Source of the DNA: Alphaproteobacteria bacterium
GTDB taxonomy: Bacteria > Pseudomonadota > Alphaproteobacteria > Micavibrionales > Micavibrionaceae
DNA: 64,000 nucleotides
Reading direction: 5' to 3'
Assembly: GCA_024279035.1 (NCBI GenBank)
Contig: JAJRSA010000013.1
Span: forward strand, 91,889 to 155,888
The translations under genes and the position numbers were made by a program. The notes below the pieces were generated by a model, which made no database searches, had not been told where the DNA came from, and saw only the letters and a list, made by a program, of their open reading frames with translations. The first letter of the stretch is position 1. Every line of letters begins with the position of its first letter. Shown one piece after another: positions 12,910 through 22,275 of this stretch.

Positions 12910-15900
12910 ATGAGTGAGGCAAGCGATGTAATATATGGGGCGATTGAGGGGCAGGATGCGCGGATTATGGCGGATTTGGCGCGTCAGATTATGGCGGATG
13001 ATCGTGTTTTAATTCATATTGCGCTGGATGATCGGCGCATTCAAACACTCAGAAGTGCGCTGAAATTCTTTGCGCCTGATGTTCAGATCTCTGTCTTTCC
13101 CGCGTGGGATTGTTTGCCCTATGATCGGGTATCACCAAGCTCTGACCTTGTGGCACATCGTGTGTCTACCTTGTGTAAATTATTGAAGTGGCGTGACGCA
13201 AAAAAACGCGTGCCTCGTATTCTGCTTACAACCACCAATGCCGCGCTTCAAAAAGTAACCCCTGTGACGGCGTTTCAAGAGGCGGGCTTTATGGGACGAA
13301 AGGGAGGTGTTTTTGAGCAAGACAAAGCCCTTAATTTCCTCATCAAAAGCGGATATATCCGCACAGACACGGTGCGAGAAGCAGGAGAATTTGCTATTCG
13401 TGGCGGGATTGTTGATATTTTCCCCGCAGGCAAAGTACGTCCCATTCGTTTGGATCTCTTTGGGGATGAGATCGAAAGCATTAAGGCGTTTGATCCGCTC
13501 ACTCAGAGGAGTATCAAAGAGCTTGGGCAGTTTTCTCTTATTCCTGCTACAGAGTTCTTTTTAGATAAGGCCTCGATAGAAACATTCAGAGGGCAGTATC
13601 GAGATTTATTCGGCATGAAACAAAGTCACGATCCTCTCTATGAAGCGGTCAGCCAAGGGCGACGCTATAACGGAATGGATCACTGGATGCCGTTGTTTTT
13701 TGAGGGCGGAGAGATGGCCACGCTGTTTGACTATGCCGATAATCCGATGGTCACTCAAGATCTCCACGCCCAACAAGCCCACAGTGAACGATGGGAGCAA
13801 ATCACAGATTTATATGCAACGCGCAAAACATTGGAGCAAGCAGGGGCGCATAAGAAAAAATCACACGATATTAGTTTGACAGGCGCGAAGTATCATCCCA
13901 TTACCCCTGAGAGTCTGTATTTGGAATATTTACCGTGTGAGGCTCTTGTTTTGAGCCCTTTTAAAAATCCCACCCAACGGTGTCATACCCGCGAAGGCGG
14001 GTATCCGGACCAGAATAAAGACAGTCGCGAAGCGACTGACAGACCCAGATCCCCGACGATAGACATGCGTGGCATGTCCTCGGGGATGACAGAGGAGAGA
14101 GAGGCGCACAAGGTGAGAAGCTTTGCCGATATACGGGCGGATTCTGAGCAGGATTTATTTCGCTTTATACGAGACTATTGCATTGATTTTCAGGTGCAAA
14201 AGAAAAAGATTCTGATCTCTGCCTATAGCCAAGGGGCACGGGATCGCTTGAAGGGACTCCTCGAAGGGGGAGGGTTTGACACGCTTAGAGAGTGTGCGGG
14301 ACAAGACGATCTTAAAAAACTCACCTCGCCCCAAATCGGCATGACTATTCTGGCCTTGGATGAGGGGTTTGTCGCCCCTGATCTGGCAGTGCTCACGGAA
14401 CAAGACATTCTAGGAGATCGTCTTGTGCGGAGCCGTAAAAAACGTAAAAAAGCCGATAATTTTCTTAAAGAAGTCTCTTCTCTCAACGAAGGAGATCTTG
14501 TGGTGCATATTGATCACGGGGTCGGGCGCTTTATCGGGTTAGAGACCATTAAAGCGGCTGGCACACTTCATGATTGTCTCGTTGTGTCCTATGCAGGCGA
14601 TGACAAGCTCTTCGTGCCTGTTGAAAATATTGATGTGTTGTCTCGTTATGGATCAGAGGAGAGCGCGGGACAGGTGGATAAACTTGGAGGGGTAAGCTGG
14701 CAAGCGCGCAAAACCAAGATCAAAAAAGATTTGATGCGTATTGCAGATCACCTCATGAAAATTGCGGCAGCGCGAGAACTCCGTGAAGGAGAAAAGTTGA
14801 GTGTTGATGAAGAGTCCTATCAAAATTTTATCTCTCATTTCCCGTATCAGGAAACAGAAGATCAGTTGCGTGCGATTGAAGAGTCTCTTGGGGATATGAA
14901 TTCTGGGCGTCCGATGGATCGCTTGATCTGCGGAGATGTCGGGTTTGGAAAAACAGAGATAGCCATTCGTGCTGCCTATGTAGCCGCGATGAGTGGAGTC
15001 CAAGTCGCCGTCATTGCCCCCACAACCTTACTGGTGCGCCAACATGCCCTTAATTTTCAAGAGCGTTTTAAAGGCACAGGGATCCGCGTTGACCAACTCT
15101 CTCGCTTTGTCTCGACGAAAGAGGCGCAATCTACAAAAGAAGGGTTGCGGACGGGGGCGGTTAATATAGTTGTGGGCACACATGCACTTCTCGCGGAAAG
15201 CATTAAGTTTAATAATCTCGGTTTGGTTGTTGTCGATGAAGAGCAACGCTTTGGCGTAAAACAAAAAGAACGTCTCAAGAATTTACGTGCCGATGTGCAT
15301 ATCCTGACGATGACGGCCACCCCCATTCCACGGACATTGCAAATGTCTTTGGCAGGGGTCAAAGAGATGAGCATTATTGCCACGCCTCCTGTGGATCGCC
15401 TTGCTATTCGGACGTTTGTTCTCCCTTTTGACGGGATGGTGATCCGAGAAGCGCTCTTGCGGGAATATCACCGAGGGGGACAGTCTTTTTATGTGTGTCC
15501 ACGCGTAAAAGATATCCGTGAACTTGAAAAGCATCTCAAAGAGCTTGTGCCAGAGCTTCGTATTGTCGCAGCGCATGGACAAATGACGGCGAGGGATCTA
15601 GAAGATCGGATGAATGCCTTTATTGATAAGCAGTATGATGTGTTACTCGCGACCAATATCATTGAAAGCGGAATCGATATTCCCACCGCCAATACCATGA
15701 TTGTCCATCGCGCGGATATGTTTGGCTTGGCACAGCTTTACCAGATCAGAGGACGCATAGGGCGCTCGAAAGTACGGGCTTACGCCTATCTGACCTATAC
15801 CCCTAATAAGAAACTCACCGCTCAAGCGCAAAAGCGTCTGGAAATTTTGGAAACGCTGGATACCCTCGGCGCTGGATTTCAATTGGCCAGTCACGACATG

Positions 15901-16491
15901 GATATTCGAGGCGCTGGAAACTTGGTCGGAGAAGAGCAATCAGGACATATTAAAGAGGTCGGCGTTGAGCTCTATCAGCACCTCCTTGAAGAGGCCGTGG
16001 CCGCTGCGCGTGCAGGTGTGGATATGACAGATCTTCCAGAAGACACGGACTGGACAGTCAATATCAATCTTGGGACATCCATCCTTATCCCAGAACAATA
16101 CGTATCGGATTTATCTGTTCGTATGAGTCTCTATCGTCGTCTTCCTGATCTTGAGAGCGCACGAGAGATTGAAATTTTCGCCGCCGAAATGATTGACCGT
16201 TTTGGGGATCTTCCCGAAGAAGTCCAAAACCTCCTCGATATCACAAAAATCAAACAACTCTGCAAAAAAGCTGGCATAGACCGCATCGACGCAGGCCCTA
16301 AAGGCGCGCTCATCGGATTTCGAAACGACACCCCTCCCAACCCTGAGACACTCATCCAATGGATCACCGCCCAAAAAGGCACCTCCAAACTCCGCCCCGA
16401 TCAAAGGATTTCAATCGTAAGAGGCTGGGAACAGCCGAAACAAAGGGTAAAAGGCGTATGGACTATTGTGAAACAGATGAGTGGGGTGTAA
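12910..16491 (+). CDS. mfd: Transcription-repair coupling factor Mfd
   Basis: 1193 aa. CarD/RID motif DLVVHIDHGVGRF and SF2 motifs GDVGFGKTE, VVDEEQRFG, TATPIPRT, QLYQIRGRIGRS. C-terminal TRCF domain. Confidence 0.96.
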   Translation: MSEASDVIYGAIEGQDARIMADLARQIMADDRVLIHIALDDRRIQTLRSALKFFAPDVQISVFPAWDCLPYDRVSPSSDLVAHRVSTLCKLLKWRDAKKRVPRILLTTTNAALQKVTPVTAFQEAGFMGRKGGVFEQDKALNFLIKSGYIRTDTVREAGEFAIRGGIVDIFPAGKVRPIRLDLFGDEIESIKAFDPLTQRSIKELGQFSLIPATEFFLDKASIETFRGQYRDLFGMKQSHDPLYEAVSQGRRYNGMDHWMPLFFEGGEMATLFDYADNPMVTQDLHAQQAHSERWEQITDLYATRKTLEQAGAHKKKSHDISLTGAKYHPITPESLYLEYLPCEALVLSPFKNPTQRCHTREGGYPDQNKDSREATDRPRSPTIDMRGMSSGMTEEREAHKVRSFADIRADSEQDLFRFIRDYCIDFQVQKKKILISAYSQGARDRLKGLLEGGGFDTLRECAGQDDLKKLTSPQIGMTILALDEGFVAPDLAVLTEQDILGDRLVRSRKKRKKADNFLKEVSSLNEGDLVVHIDHGVGRFIGLETIKAAGTLHDCLVVSYAGDDKLFVPVENIDVLSRYGSEESAGQVDKLGGVSWQARKTKIKKDLMRIADHLMKIAAARELREGEKLSVDEESYQNFISHFPYQETEDQLRAIEESLGDMNSGRPMDRLICGDVGFGKTEIAIRAAYVAAMSGVQVAVIAPTTLLVRQHALNFQERFKGTGIRVDQLSRFVSTKEAQSTKEGLRTGAVNIVVGTHALLAESIKFNNLGLVVVDEEQRFGVKQKERLKNLRADVHILTMTATPIPRTLQMSLAGVKEMSIIATPPVDRLAIRTFVLPFDGMVIREALLREYHRGGQSFYVCPRVKDIRELEKHLKELVPELRIVAAHGQMTARDLEDRMNAFIDKQYDVLLATNIIESGIDIPTANTMIVHRADMFGLAQLYQIRGRIGRSKVRAYAYLTYTPNKKLTAQAQKRLEILETLDTLGAGFQLASHDMDIRGAGNLVGEEQSGHIKEVGVELYQHLLEEAVAAARAGVDMTDLPEDTDWTVNINLGTSILIPEQYVSDLSVRMSLYRRLPDLESAREIEIFAAEMIDRFGDLPEEVQNLLDITKIKQLCKKAGIDRIDAGPKGALIGFRNDTPPNPETLIQWITAQKGTSKLRPDQRISIVRGWEQPKQRVKGVWTIVKQMSGV
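13982..14090 (-). repeat. Family B composite palindromic repeat inserted in frame inside mfd
   Basis: Three consecutive hairpins (ATACCCGC/GCGGGTAT, CAGTCGC/GCGACTG, ATCCCCGA...TCGGGGAT with an inner CATGC/GCATG). The reverse complement is collinear with 8645-8756. Translated as QRCHTREGGYPDQNKDSREATDRPRSPTIDMRGMSSGMT. Confidence 0.75.
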
Positions 16492-16497
16492 GGCGTG

Positions 16498-19098
16498 TTA
16501 CCAGCCGAATCCTGGTTCTAGTCCAGTATTTGCAACAACTTCTTGATTTATACCTTTATTTTCAAGTTTTTTTCGAAGAAGTTTAAAGGCGTTCATTTGA
16601 ATTTGGCGCACTCCCTCACGTGTTATATCAAATTTTTGAGCAACTTCTTCTAACGTATGTTCCTCATATCCACCCATTCCTTGTCTCATCATAACAATGT
16701 CGAAATGTTTGTCAGATAATTCAGAAAGTGCCTTTTGTAGTGACAGTGATGTATCTTCTCGCATAATAGCTTCGACAGGATCCGTATTGCCTCTTTGATC
16801 GGGAAAAGTATGTGCCAAAGAATAACTTGTGTCTTGTTGGTCATTTCCCAAAGGCACATCTATTGAAGAGGTTTCTTGTTTCTTCCATGTTATAATTTTC
16901 TCCACGTACGGAACAGACTTATTCATGGCTTCAGAAATTTCTTCTAGAGTGACGTCAGGTCCATGTTTTTGCTTTAGATCGTTGCAGACACGATTATACT
17001 TAGTGATCTTATCTCCAATATTAAGAGGTTGGTGTATGGTATTTGCCTTTTCCTTAATTTCTCTGTTTATTCTCGTTTTAATTACATGAGTAGCGTAGGA
17101 GGTAAAACGATATGACTTGGCCTTAGAATCTGTGTTATTCTTCATGTCTTTTCCAGACGCTATATCCTGTTTCTTTTTATCTGGATTAAAATACTTTACG
17201 GCATCCATAAGCCCCTCATTTCCCGATTGAATGAGATCTAGAAGAGAGAGTCCTCGGTATTGGTATTTATAAGCAACCTTGATGACTAGACGTAGATTAG
17301 AATGGAAGAGAATGTTAATTGCCTCTGGATCTTGTATAGATTGTATCTTTCGTCCAAGGTCAATTTCTTGCTCTGCTGTAAGGAGTGGAAACTCTTTTTT
17401 ATGTGCGGTAACCTCTCTCATATATTGCTGGAGAGCATTAGTTTCCTCTCTATAGGCACCCTGTCCTGCGCCTGTGTTGACCTCAGAATATACGGGGTCG
17501 ACGATTTTAATCGTGAGTGTAGATTTCCCTGTAAGGCCAGTCTTCTTAAGAAGTCCTTTGACAGCCTCGTATAACTCTTCGCATCCTAGGGCGTCTGCAA
17601 AGTTATTCAGGTGTAAGAGTGCCTCTTTGCGGTAATTGCTAATTGTAATAGGTGCTTTACCAAGAGTGGTGGCAATTTGTCCCGCTAATATTGGAGGTGT
17701 GTTAATCCCCAAAGAGTGCATCATTGTCGAACGAATGTTTGGCTTTAACGTATTCAGCCACGCTTCCAGATGAGGTTGGTTTTTGGGTTGAAGAAGGATT
17801 TGTTCATTGAGCTGTACCGCTTCATCAAATGTAGCACTTATATTTTGGTCTTCAGATTGGATTGGTTCAGCAATCTCGATGGCGAGTATAGATCTTCCTG
17901 TAAGGCTTTTTTTCTCTACAAGCGCTTCAACGGCCTCATATAAGCCCTGACATTTTTCAGTGTCTGCGAGAGTCTTTAATTGTGAGAGTGCATATTTACG
18001 GTATCCCCCAATCGTGACAGGCTTTTCATCAAGCTCGGAGGCAATTTGTTTTATTAAGAGGGGGGGTGTGTTGATACCCAAAGAGTACATCATAGCTGAA
18101 CTGACAATAGGATGTAGGGCATTCAGCCACCCTTCCAGATGAAGTTGGTTTTCAGGGCGCAGAAGAATTTGTTCGTTGAGCTGTGTCGCTTTATCAAATG
18201 CAGGATTCATTTTAAAGGGGAGAGCCTCACCTGTATGCCTTTCGGCGGATAGATAAGATTCAGCCTCTTGTGCTTGTTTGGCTATGCCGACCTCATTGAG
18301 TAGCTCTAACGTTTCTTCTGTAATGAATGCGAGGACAGGAGGTGTATCTGGTTTCCCAGTGGAGAGCGCATACCCTCCAAAGTCCTCGGGTGGAAACCAT
18401 AATCCTGTAGGGCTAAGTTTTAAGGCCTTGAGTGTAAGGGGGAATAATTTTATCCCCGTTGTGTCCAGTAGATCGGCAATTAGATCATACGCCACAAAAT
18501 AGCGTTCGGCGTTCTTATCGAAGTGGATTGTTTTCCATGCTTTTTGACTATGGCTGATGTCTTGAACAGTGGGTTGTTTTAAAGTTTTCGAGAGGCGACT
18601 ATTTGTAAATCGTCTGTCGGCGATGGGGAGAGGGAAGAGGGCATGATCTGTGTGTTGTCCTAGATGTACTTCATACTCACTATCGCTCATCTCTAAGAGC
18701 TCTTTGATATGATGATCAAAAAAGACCAGGTTTTTATCGCCATGCGCGCCTATGGTGTAGACAGCGTTTGAAGAGGGCATATCCCAGTGATCATGGAAGC
18801 GTACACGAAAATTTGTTTCTGTTGTTGGAATTTCAATAATGCCTCGTTGTTTTAATCTTTCTGCAATAAGAGGATAGGGAGCCATAAATCTGTGCCGTCC
18901 ACGATCGTCAGCTCTCTCGAGATCTTGCAATAGGACGACTTGATGGGAGCCTTTTAAGTATTGAAGGTCTAAATTATCACTCTTTCTCTTTGGGAGAATA
19001 TACTTATGTTTTGATATAGAAAGTTTGGGGCTATGTATATTAGGAGAGGCTTCTTCTACATTCTTAATGGATAATGCTGCAACGTTCAAAACAATCAC
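16498..19098 (-). CDS. Sigma70-family sigma factor with a ~550-aa N-terminal extension
   Basis: The C-terminal ~310 aa carry region 2 (NLRLVIKVAYKY...LLDLIQSGNEGLMDAVKYF...FTSYATHVIKTRINREI), region 3, and region 4 (LEEVAQKFDITREGVRQIQMNAFKLLRK). It is a single 866-codon ORF with a GTG start (TTG three codons downstream is also possible). AT-rich. Confidence 0.8.
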   Translation of the reverse strand: MIVLNVAALSIKNVEEASPNIHSPKLSISKHKYILPKRKSDNLDLQYLKGSHQVVLLQDLERADDRGRHRFMAPYPLIAERLKQRGIIEIPTTETNFRVRFHDHWDMPSSNAVYTIGAHGDKNLVFFDHHIKELLEMSDSEYEVHLGQHTDHALFPLPIADRRFTNSRLSKTLKQPTVQDISHSQKAWKTIHFDKNAERYFVAYDLIADLLDTTGIKLFPLTLKALKLSPTGLWFPPEDFGGYALSTGKPDTPPVLAFITEETLELLNEVGIAKQAQEAESYLSAERHTGEALPFKMNPAFDKATQLNEQILLRPENQLHLEGWLNALHPIVSSAMMYSLGINTPPLLIKQIASELDEKPVTIGGYRKYALSQLKTLADTEKCQGLYEAVEALVEKKSLTGRSILAIEIAEPIQSEDQNISATFDEAVQLNEQILLQPKNQPHLEAWLNTLKPNIRSTMMHSLGINTPPILAGQIATTLGKAPITISNYRKEALLHLNNFADALGCEELYEAVKGLLKKTGLTGKSTLTIKIVDPVYSEVNTGAGQGAYREETNALQQYMREVTAHKKEFPLLTAEQEIDLGRKIQSIQDPEAINILFHSNLRLVIKVAYKYQYRGLSLLDLIQSGNEGLMDAVKYFNPDKKKQDIASGKDMKNNTDSKAKSYRFTSYATHVIKTRINREIKEKANTIHQPLNIGDKITKYNRVCNDLKQKHGPDVTLEEISEAMNKSVPYVEKIITWKKQETSSIDVPLGNDQQDTSYSLAHTFPDQRGNTDPVEAIMREDTSLSLQKALSELSDKHFDIVMMRQGMGGYEEHTLEEVAQKFDITREGVRQIQMNAFKLLRKKLENKGINQEVVANTGLEPGFGW
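17461..18198 (-). repeat. Intragenic tandem duplication, 2 x 369 bp (2 x 123 aa), within the sigma-factor extension
   Basis: TTCCAGATGA...TTGTTC(A/G)TTGAGCTGT recurs with an exact 369-nt offset (17764 vs 18133). The protein units start FDKATQLNEQILLRPENQ and FDEAVQLNEQILLQPKNQ. Confidence 0.85.
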
Positions 19099-19236
19099 CT
19101 TCTATTTTTTTTATTGACTTAATATGTAAGGGCATAGTTTCTATATGTCAACGATAAAGTGCTATGCTAATTATTTGGGTCATAAAATCTTATCATCCAC
19201 CTAGATTTATTTTTCTCTTCATGTTCAAATCACCCT

Positions 19237-19815
19237 ATGACTGACTCACCCCCCAAAGCCGAGCCTAAAGGGCTCAAACTGTTTACGGAGTATTTTCCGT
19301 TGATAGCCTTCTTTCTTGTCTATTGGAAAAGTGGGGATTTAATTACTGCAACCAAAGTGATTGTGATTGTCACGTTATTGACAACGGCGCTCTCCTTTTT
19401 TGTGACTCGTAAAGTGGCCATGCTCCCCCTTATTACAGCAGGGATCCTCGCCTTTTTTGGCGGGCTCACGATTATTTTCAACGATGATACTTTTATTAAA
19501 ATGAAGCCCACCATTGTGCAAATTGTGTTTGCAGGAATATTGGGAGGAGGGCTTGTGTTTAAGAAGCTCTGGATCAAAAAAATGTTGGGCGCGTCCATGA
19601 ACATGCCTGATACGGCGTGGGCAAGTCTGACCTTGAGGCTGTGTCTCTTTTTTCTAATTTGTGCGGGTCTCAATGAACTTGTGTGGCGCACGCAATCTAC
19701 GGATTTTTGGGTCTCCTTCAAGGTGTTTGGCCTTACAGGGCTTACATTTATCTTTTTTGCGAGCCAAATCCCATTTTTTAACAAACATATGATTGAAGAC
19801 GAGCCTGACTCATGA
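19237..19815 (+). CDS. yciB: Intracellular septation protein A (YciB/IspZ family)
   Basis: 192 aa, five TM segments. Family pattern FFGGLTIIFNDDTFIKMKPTIVQIVFAG. Confidence 0.85.
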   Translation: MTDSPPKAEPKGLKLFTEYFPLIAFFLVYWKSGDLITATKVIVIVTLLTTALSFFVTRKVAMLPLITAGILAFFGGLTIIFNDDTFIKMKPTIVQIVFAGILGGGLVFKKLWIKKMLGASMNMPDTAWASLTLRLCLFFLICAGLNELVWRTQSTDFWVSFKVFGLTGLTFIFFASQIPFFNKHMIEDEPDS

Positions 19816-20990
19816 GTTTTTCTCAAGAGTTAGAGGCTCTCAAGCAAAGATTTGAAGCGATGGAGCCTGAATTGACGGTGACCATTGAAGACACTGATAT
19901 GGGCGTTGAGGGCTATGTTGTGGTTTGGAATACCAAAATCAGTGAAAATGGCCCTCTGCATAAATGTGGAAAAGGAGGAACTCGCCTTCATGAAAATCTA
20001 ACGCTTGATGAGATTAAAATGTTGGCACGGATTATGGCGCTGAAAAATGCCGCAGCAGGATTGCCTTTGGGAGGTTCAAAATCAGGTTTAAGAGCGGATC
20101 CCAAGGCTGATGGGTTTGAGATAAAATATCGCCGTTTTGTGGATCTGTGTCGTCCTTATCTCCATGAAAATGGAGGGATTTTTGGCGGGTTTGGCTTTGA
20201 TATAGGCGCCAATCCCATTCATGCGCACTGGGCGTGTGACGAGCTGGGCTCAACACGCTCTTTTACAGGAAAACCTCTGGAGATGGGCGGAACAGACTAT
20301 GACCGTGAGGGGATCGCAGGGCTTGGCGTCGCCACCGCCGCGCGCGTTGTGATGCAAGGTCGCGTACAGCGTTCAAAAGGTGCAAGCTTCTCTGTGCAAG
20401 GGGTAGGTGCAATGGGCGCGGCTGTTATTCGTTATTTTATAGAAGAAGGCGGCGCTATTCTCAAAGTGGTGAGCGATCCTCGCTTGGGCGGAACATGGGA
20501 GATTAAAGACGTGCCGACGCAGACTTTGATTGAGGCGCTTTCAACACAAGATATAGACAAATCCTTATCGCTTCTGTCCCAAGAGGGCACTCAAATTTCA
20601 GAGGATGCAGATGAAGCTTTATTCGCGGACGTAGATGTTGTGTTCCCTTGCGCTATACAAGCTGTGATTACCGAAGAGAATTTCGGACGGCTCAAAACCT
20701 CTCTACTGGTAGAAGGCGCCAATAACCCAACTTTTGAAGGCGGGCGCATCCTGTTGTCTGAACAGGGTATATGTGTCGTCCCCGACTTTATCGCCAACCC
20801 AGGGGGCGTGATTGCAGCCTTTGTTGAGTTAACCTCTGACTCTGAGAACAAAGTTGAAGAGGCCAAAACTATGACCCGCTCAAAAATCACAGAGAATGTC
20901 CGTGAGATGATGGCACTCTCCAAGACACACAACGTGTCCTTACGGGACGCAGGATTTTATTTAGCCTATTCCAGAATTTTGATGGCCTGA
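19812..20990 (+). CDS. Glu/Leu/Phe/Val dehydrogenase family protein
   Basis: 392 aa. Substrate-lysine region LPLGGSKSG and a Rossmann motif VQGVGAMGAA. Overlaps the yciB stop by 4 nt. Confidence 0.75.
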   Translation: MSFSQELEALKQRFEAMEPELTVTIEDTDMGVEGYVVVWNTKISENGPLHKCGKGGTRLHENLTLDEIKMLARIMALKNAAAGLPLGGSKSGLRADPKADGFEIKYRRFVDLCRPYLHENGGIFGGFGFDIGANPIHAHWACDELGSTRSFTGKPLEMGGTDYDREGIAGLGVATAARVVMQGRVQRSKGASFSVQGVGAMGAAVIRYFIEEGGAILKVVSDPRLGGTWEIKDVPTQTLIEALSTQDIDKSLSLLSQEGTQISEDADEALFADVDVVFPCAIQAVITEENFGRLKTSLLVEGANNPTFEGGRILLSEQGICVVPDFIANPGGVIAAFVELTSDSENKVEEAKTMTRSKITENVREMMALSKTHNVSLRDAGFYLAYSRILMA

Positions 20991-21709
20991 AGCCCCATAA
21001 AACTATTTGAAAGATAGACTTTGTCTGCTTTCAAAAGGCGATCAATAGAGATGTTTTCTTCTCTAATGTCTCGCTCTTTGATTAAATTTTTACGGGTGAC
21101 GCCTGCGAGCACACCGTCGGAGAGAGGGGGGGTGATGAGTTGTTCGTGTTCTTCGATGAAAATGTTGCTGGTTGTTCCACAGGCGATGTCGCCGTTGGTG
21201 TTGGTGAGGAGGGCATCTGTAGCGCCTTTCTCTCTAGCATCCATCCGTGCGGCGTATGAGCGTGTATAGTCTAGCCTCTTACAATTTTCCAAGGGACAGC
21301 CTGCAATGCGAGGATAGTCTGTGATGATAACGGCGGTAATAGGGGTGGGGGGGTAAGCCAGTCCTGCAGACATTAAAATAGTGATATCTGTGAGGGGGTC
21401 GAGAGGTATTGATTGTACTCCTCCTATCACAGTTGTACGAATACGCGCCAATCCGTTTTTTAAATTATTCTTTTTCAAAAGCTCTTTAATGACTCTTTTA
21501 AACAGCAGGAAAGAAAAATCTTTAGGAGACTGGCGGAGGACAAATTCACTGTCATGGAGGAGGCGCTCGTAATGGTCTTGAACATGCTGTGGAACACCGT
21601 CAATACATAACAGGCTATCAAAAATACCAAGCCCTGTTGTCCATCCACTGTTTTGATGATGGATATGGGGGGCTTGCGCGCTTACAAATGTGCCATTGAG
21701 CCAGATCAT
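20966..21709 (-). CDS. pabC: Class IV aminotransferase-fold protein, probable aminodeoxychorismate lyase
   Basis: 247 aa, fold-type IV pattern. 4-nt overlap with pabA, downstream in a pabB-pabA operon. Confidence 0.65.
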   Translation of the reverse strand: MIWLNGTFVSAQAPHIHHQNSGWTTGLGIFDSLLCIDGVPQHVQDHYERLLHDSEFVLRQSPKDFSFLLFKRVIKELLKKNNLKNGLARIRTTVIGGVQSIPLDPLTDITILMSAGLAYPPTPITAVIITDYPRIAGCPLENCKRLDYTRSYAARMDAREKGATDALLTNTNGDIACGTTSNIFIEEHEQLITPPLSDGVLAGVTRKNLIKERDIREENISIDRLLKADKVYLSNSFMGLQAIKILE

Positions 21710-22275
21710 GATGTCCCTATGCGTATAAAGTTTTTCAGGAGTGTTAGTCCATGGTCTGTTAGAATAGACTCAGGGTGGAATTGAAGTCCATAGGTGGGCG
21801 CTGTTTTATGTTTAAATCCCATAAGAAGAGCGTCTTCTGTGTGCACAATTGGAATTAAATCTGGCGCAGAAGATACATCAGAGATCAAAGAATGATAACG
21901 CCCCGCCATAAAAGGGGAAGGAATGCCTTGAAAGAGAATATCATTGTCGTGGTGGAGTGTGCTGGCTTTGCCGTGATGGGGTGCGGGCGCTTTGCAAGTC
22001 TTTCCTCCCAAGGCCTCCGCAATAATCTGATGCCCCAAACACACGCCCAAAATGGGGAGCGTGCGATAAAAGTGTTGAACAATCTCAATGCTCGTAGGAG
22101 CATCTTGTGGCACACAAGGCCCAGGAGAGAGCACAATCGCCTTTGGAATGCCCTCTTCAATCGCCCCCACAGAAATCTCATCCCACCGCGCAATCCTATA
22201 TGTCTCGCCTAACTGTTCAAAATACCGTGCGAGATTATGGACGAAGGAATCATAGTGATCGATGATGAGAATCAT
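21706..22275 (-). CDS. pabA: Aminodeoxychorismate/anthranilate synthase component II (glutamine amidotransferase)
   Basis: 189 aa. Triad motifs GVCLGHQ and FHPES. Confidence 0.85.
   Translation of the reverse strand: MILIIDHYDSFVHNLARYFEQLGETYRIARWDEISVGAIEEGIPKAIVLSPGPCVPQDAPTSIEIVQHFYRTLPILGVCLGHQIIAEALGGKTCKAPAPHHGKASTLHHDNDILFQGIPSPFMAGRYHSLISDVSSAPDLIPIVHTEDALLMGFKHKTAPTYGLQFHPESILTDHGLTLLKNFIRIGTS

Noticed and set aside
19320-19826. 168-aa minus-strand ORF opposite yciB
   Set aside because: The YciB frame has a clear family pattern and TM periodicity. The antisense product has none.
21885-22212. 102-aa (minus, alternative frame) and 106-aa (plus) ORFs within pabA
   Set aside because: They overlap the PabA frame, which carries the GATase triad motifs. 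Their products are Arg/Leu-rich with no motifs.
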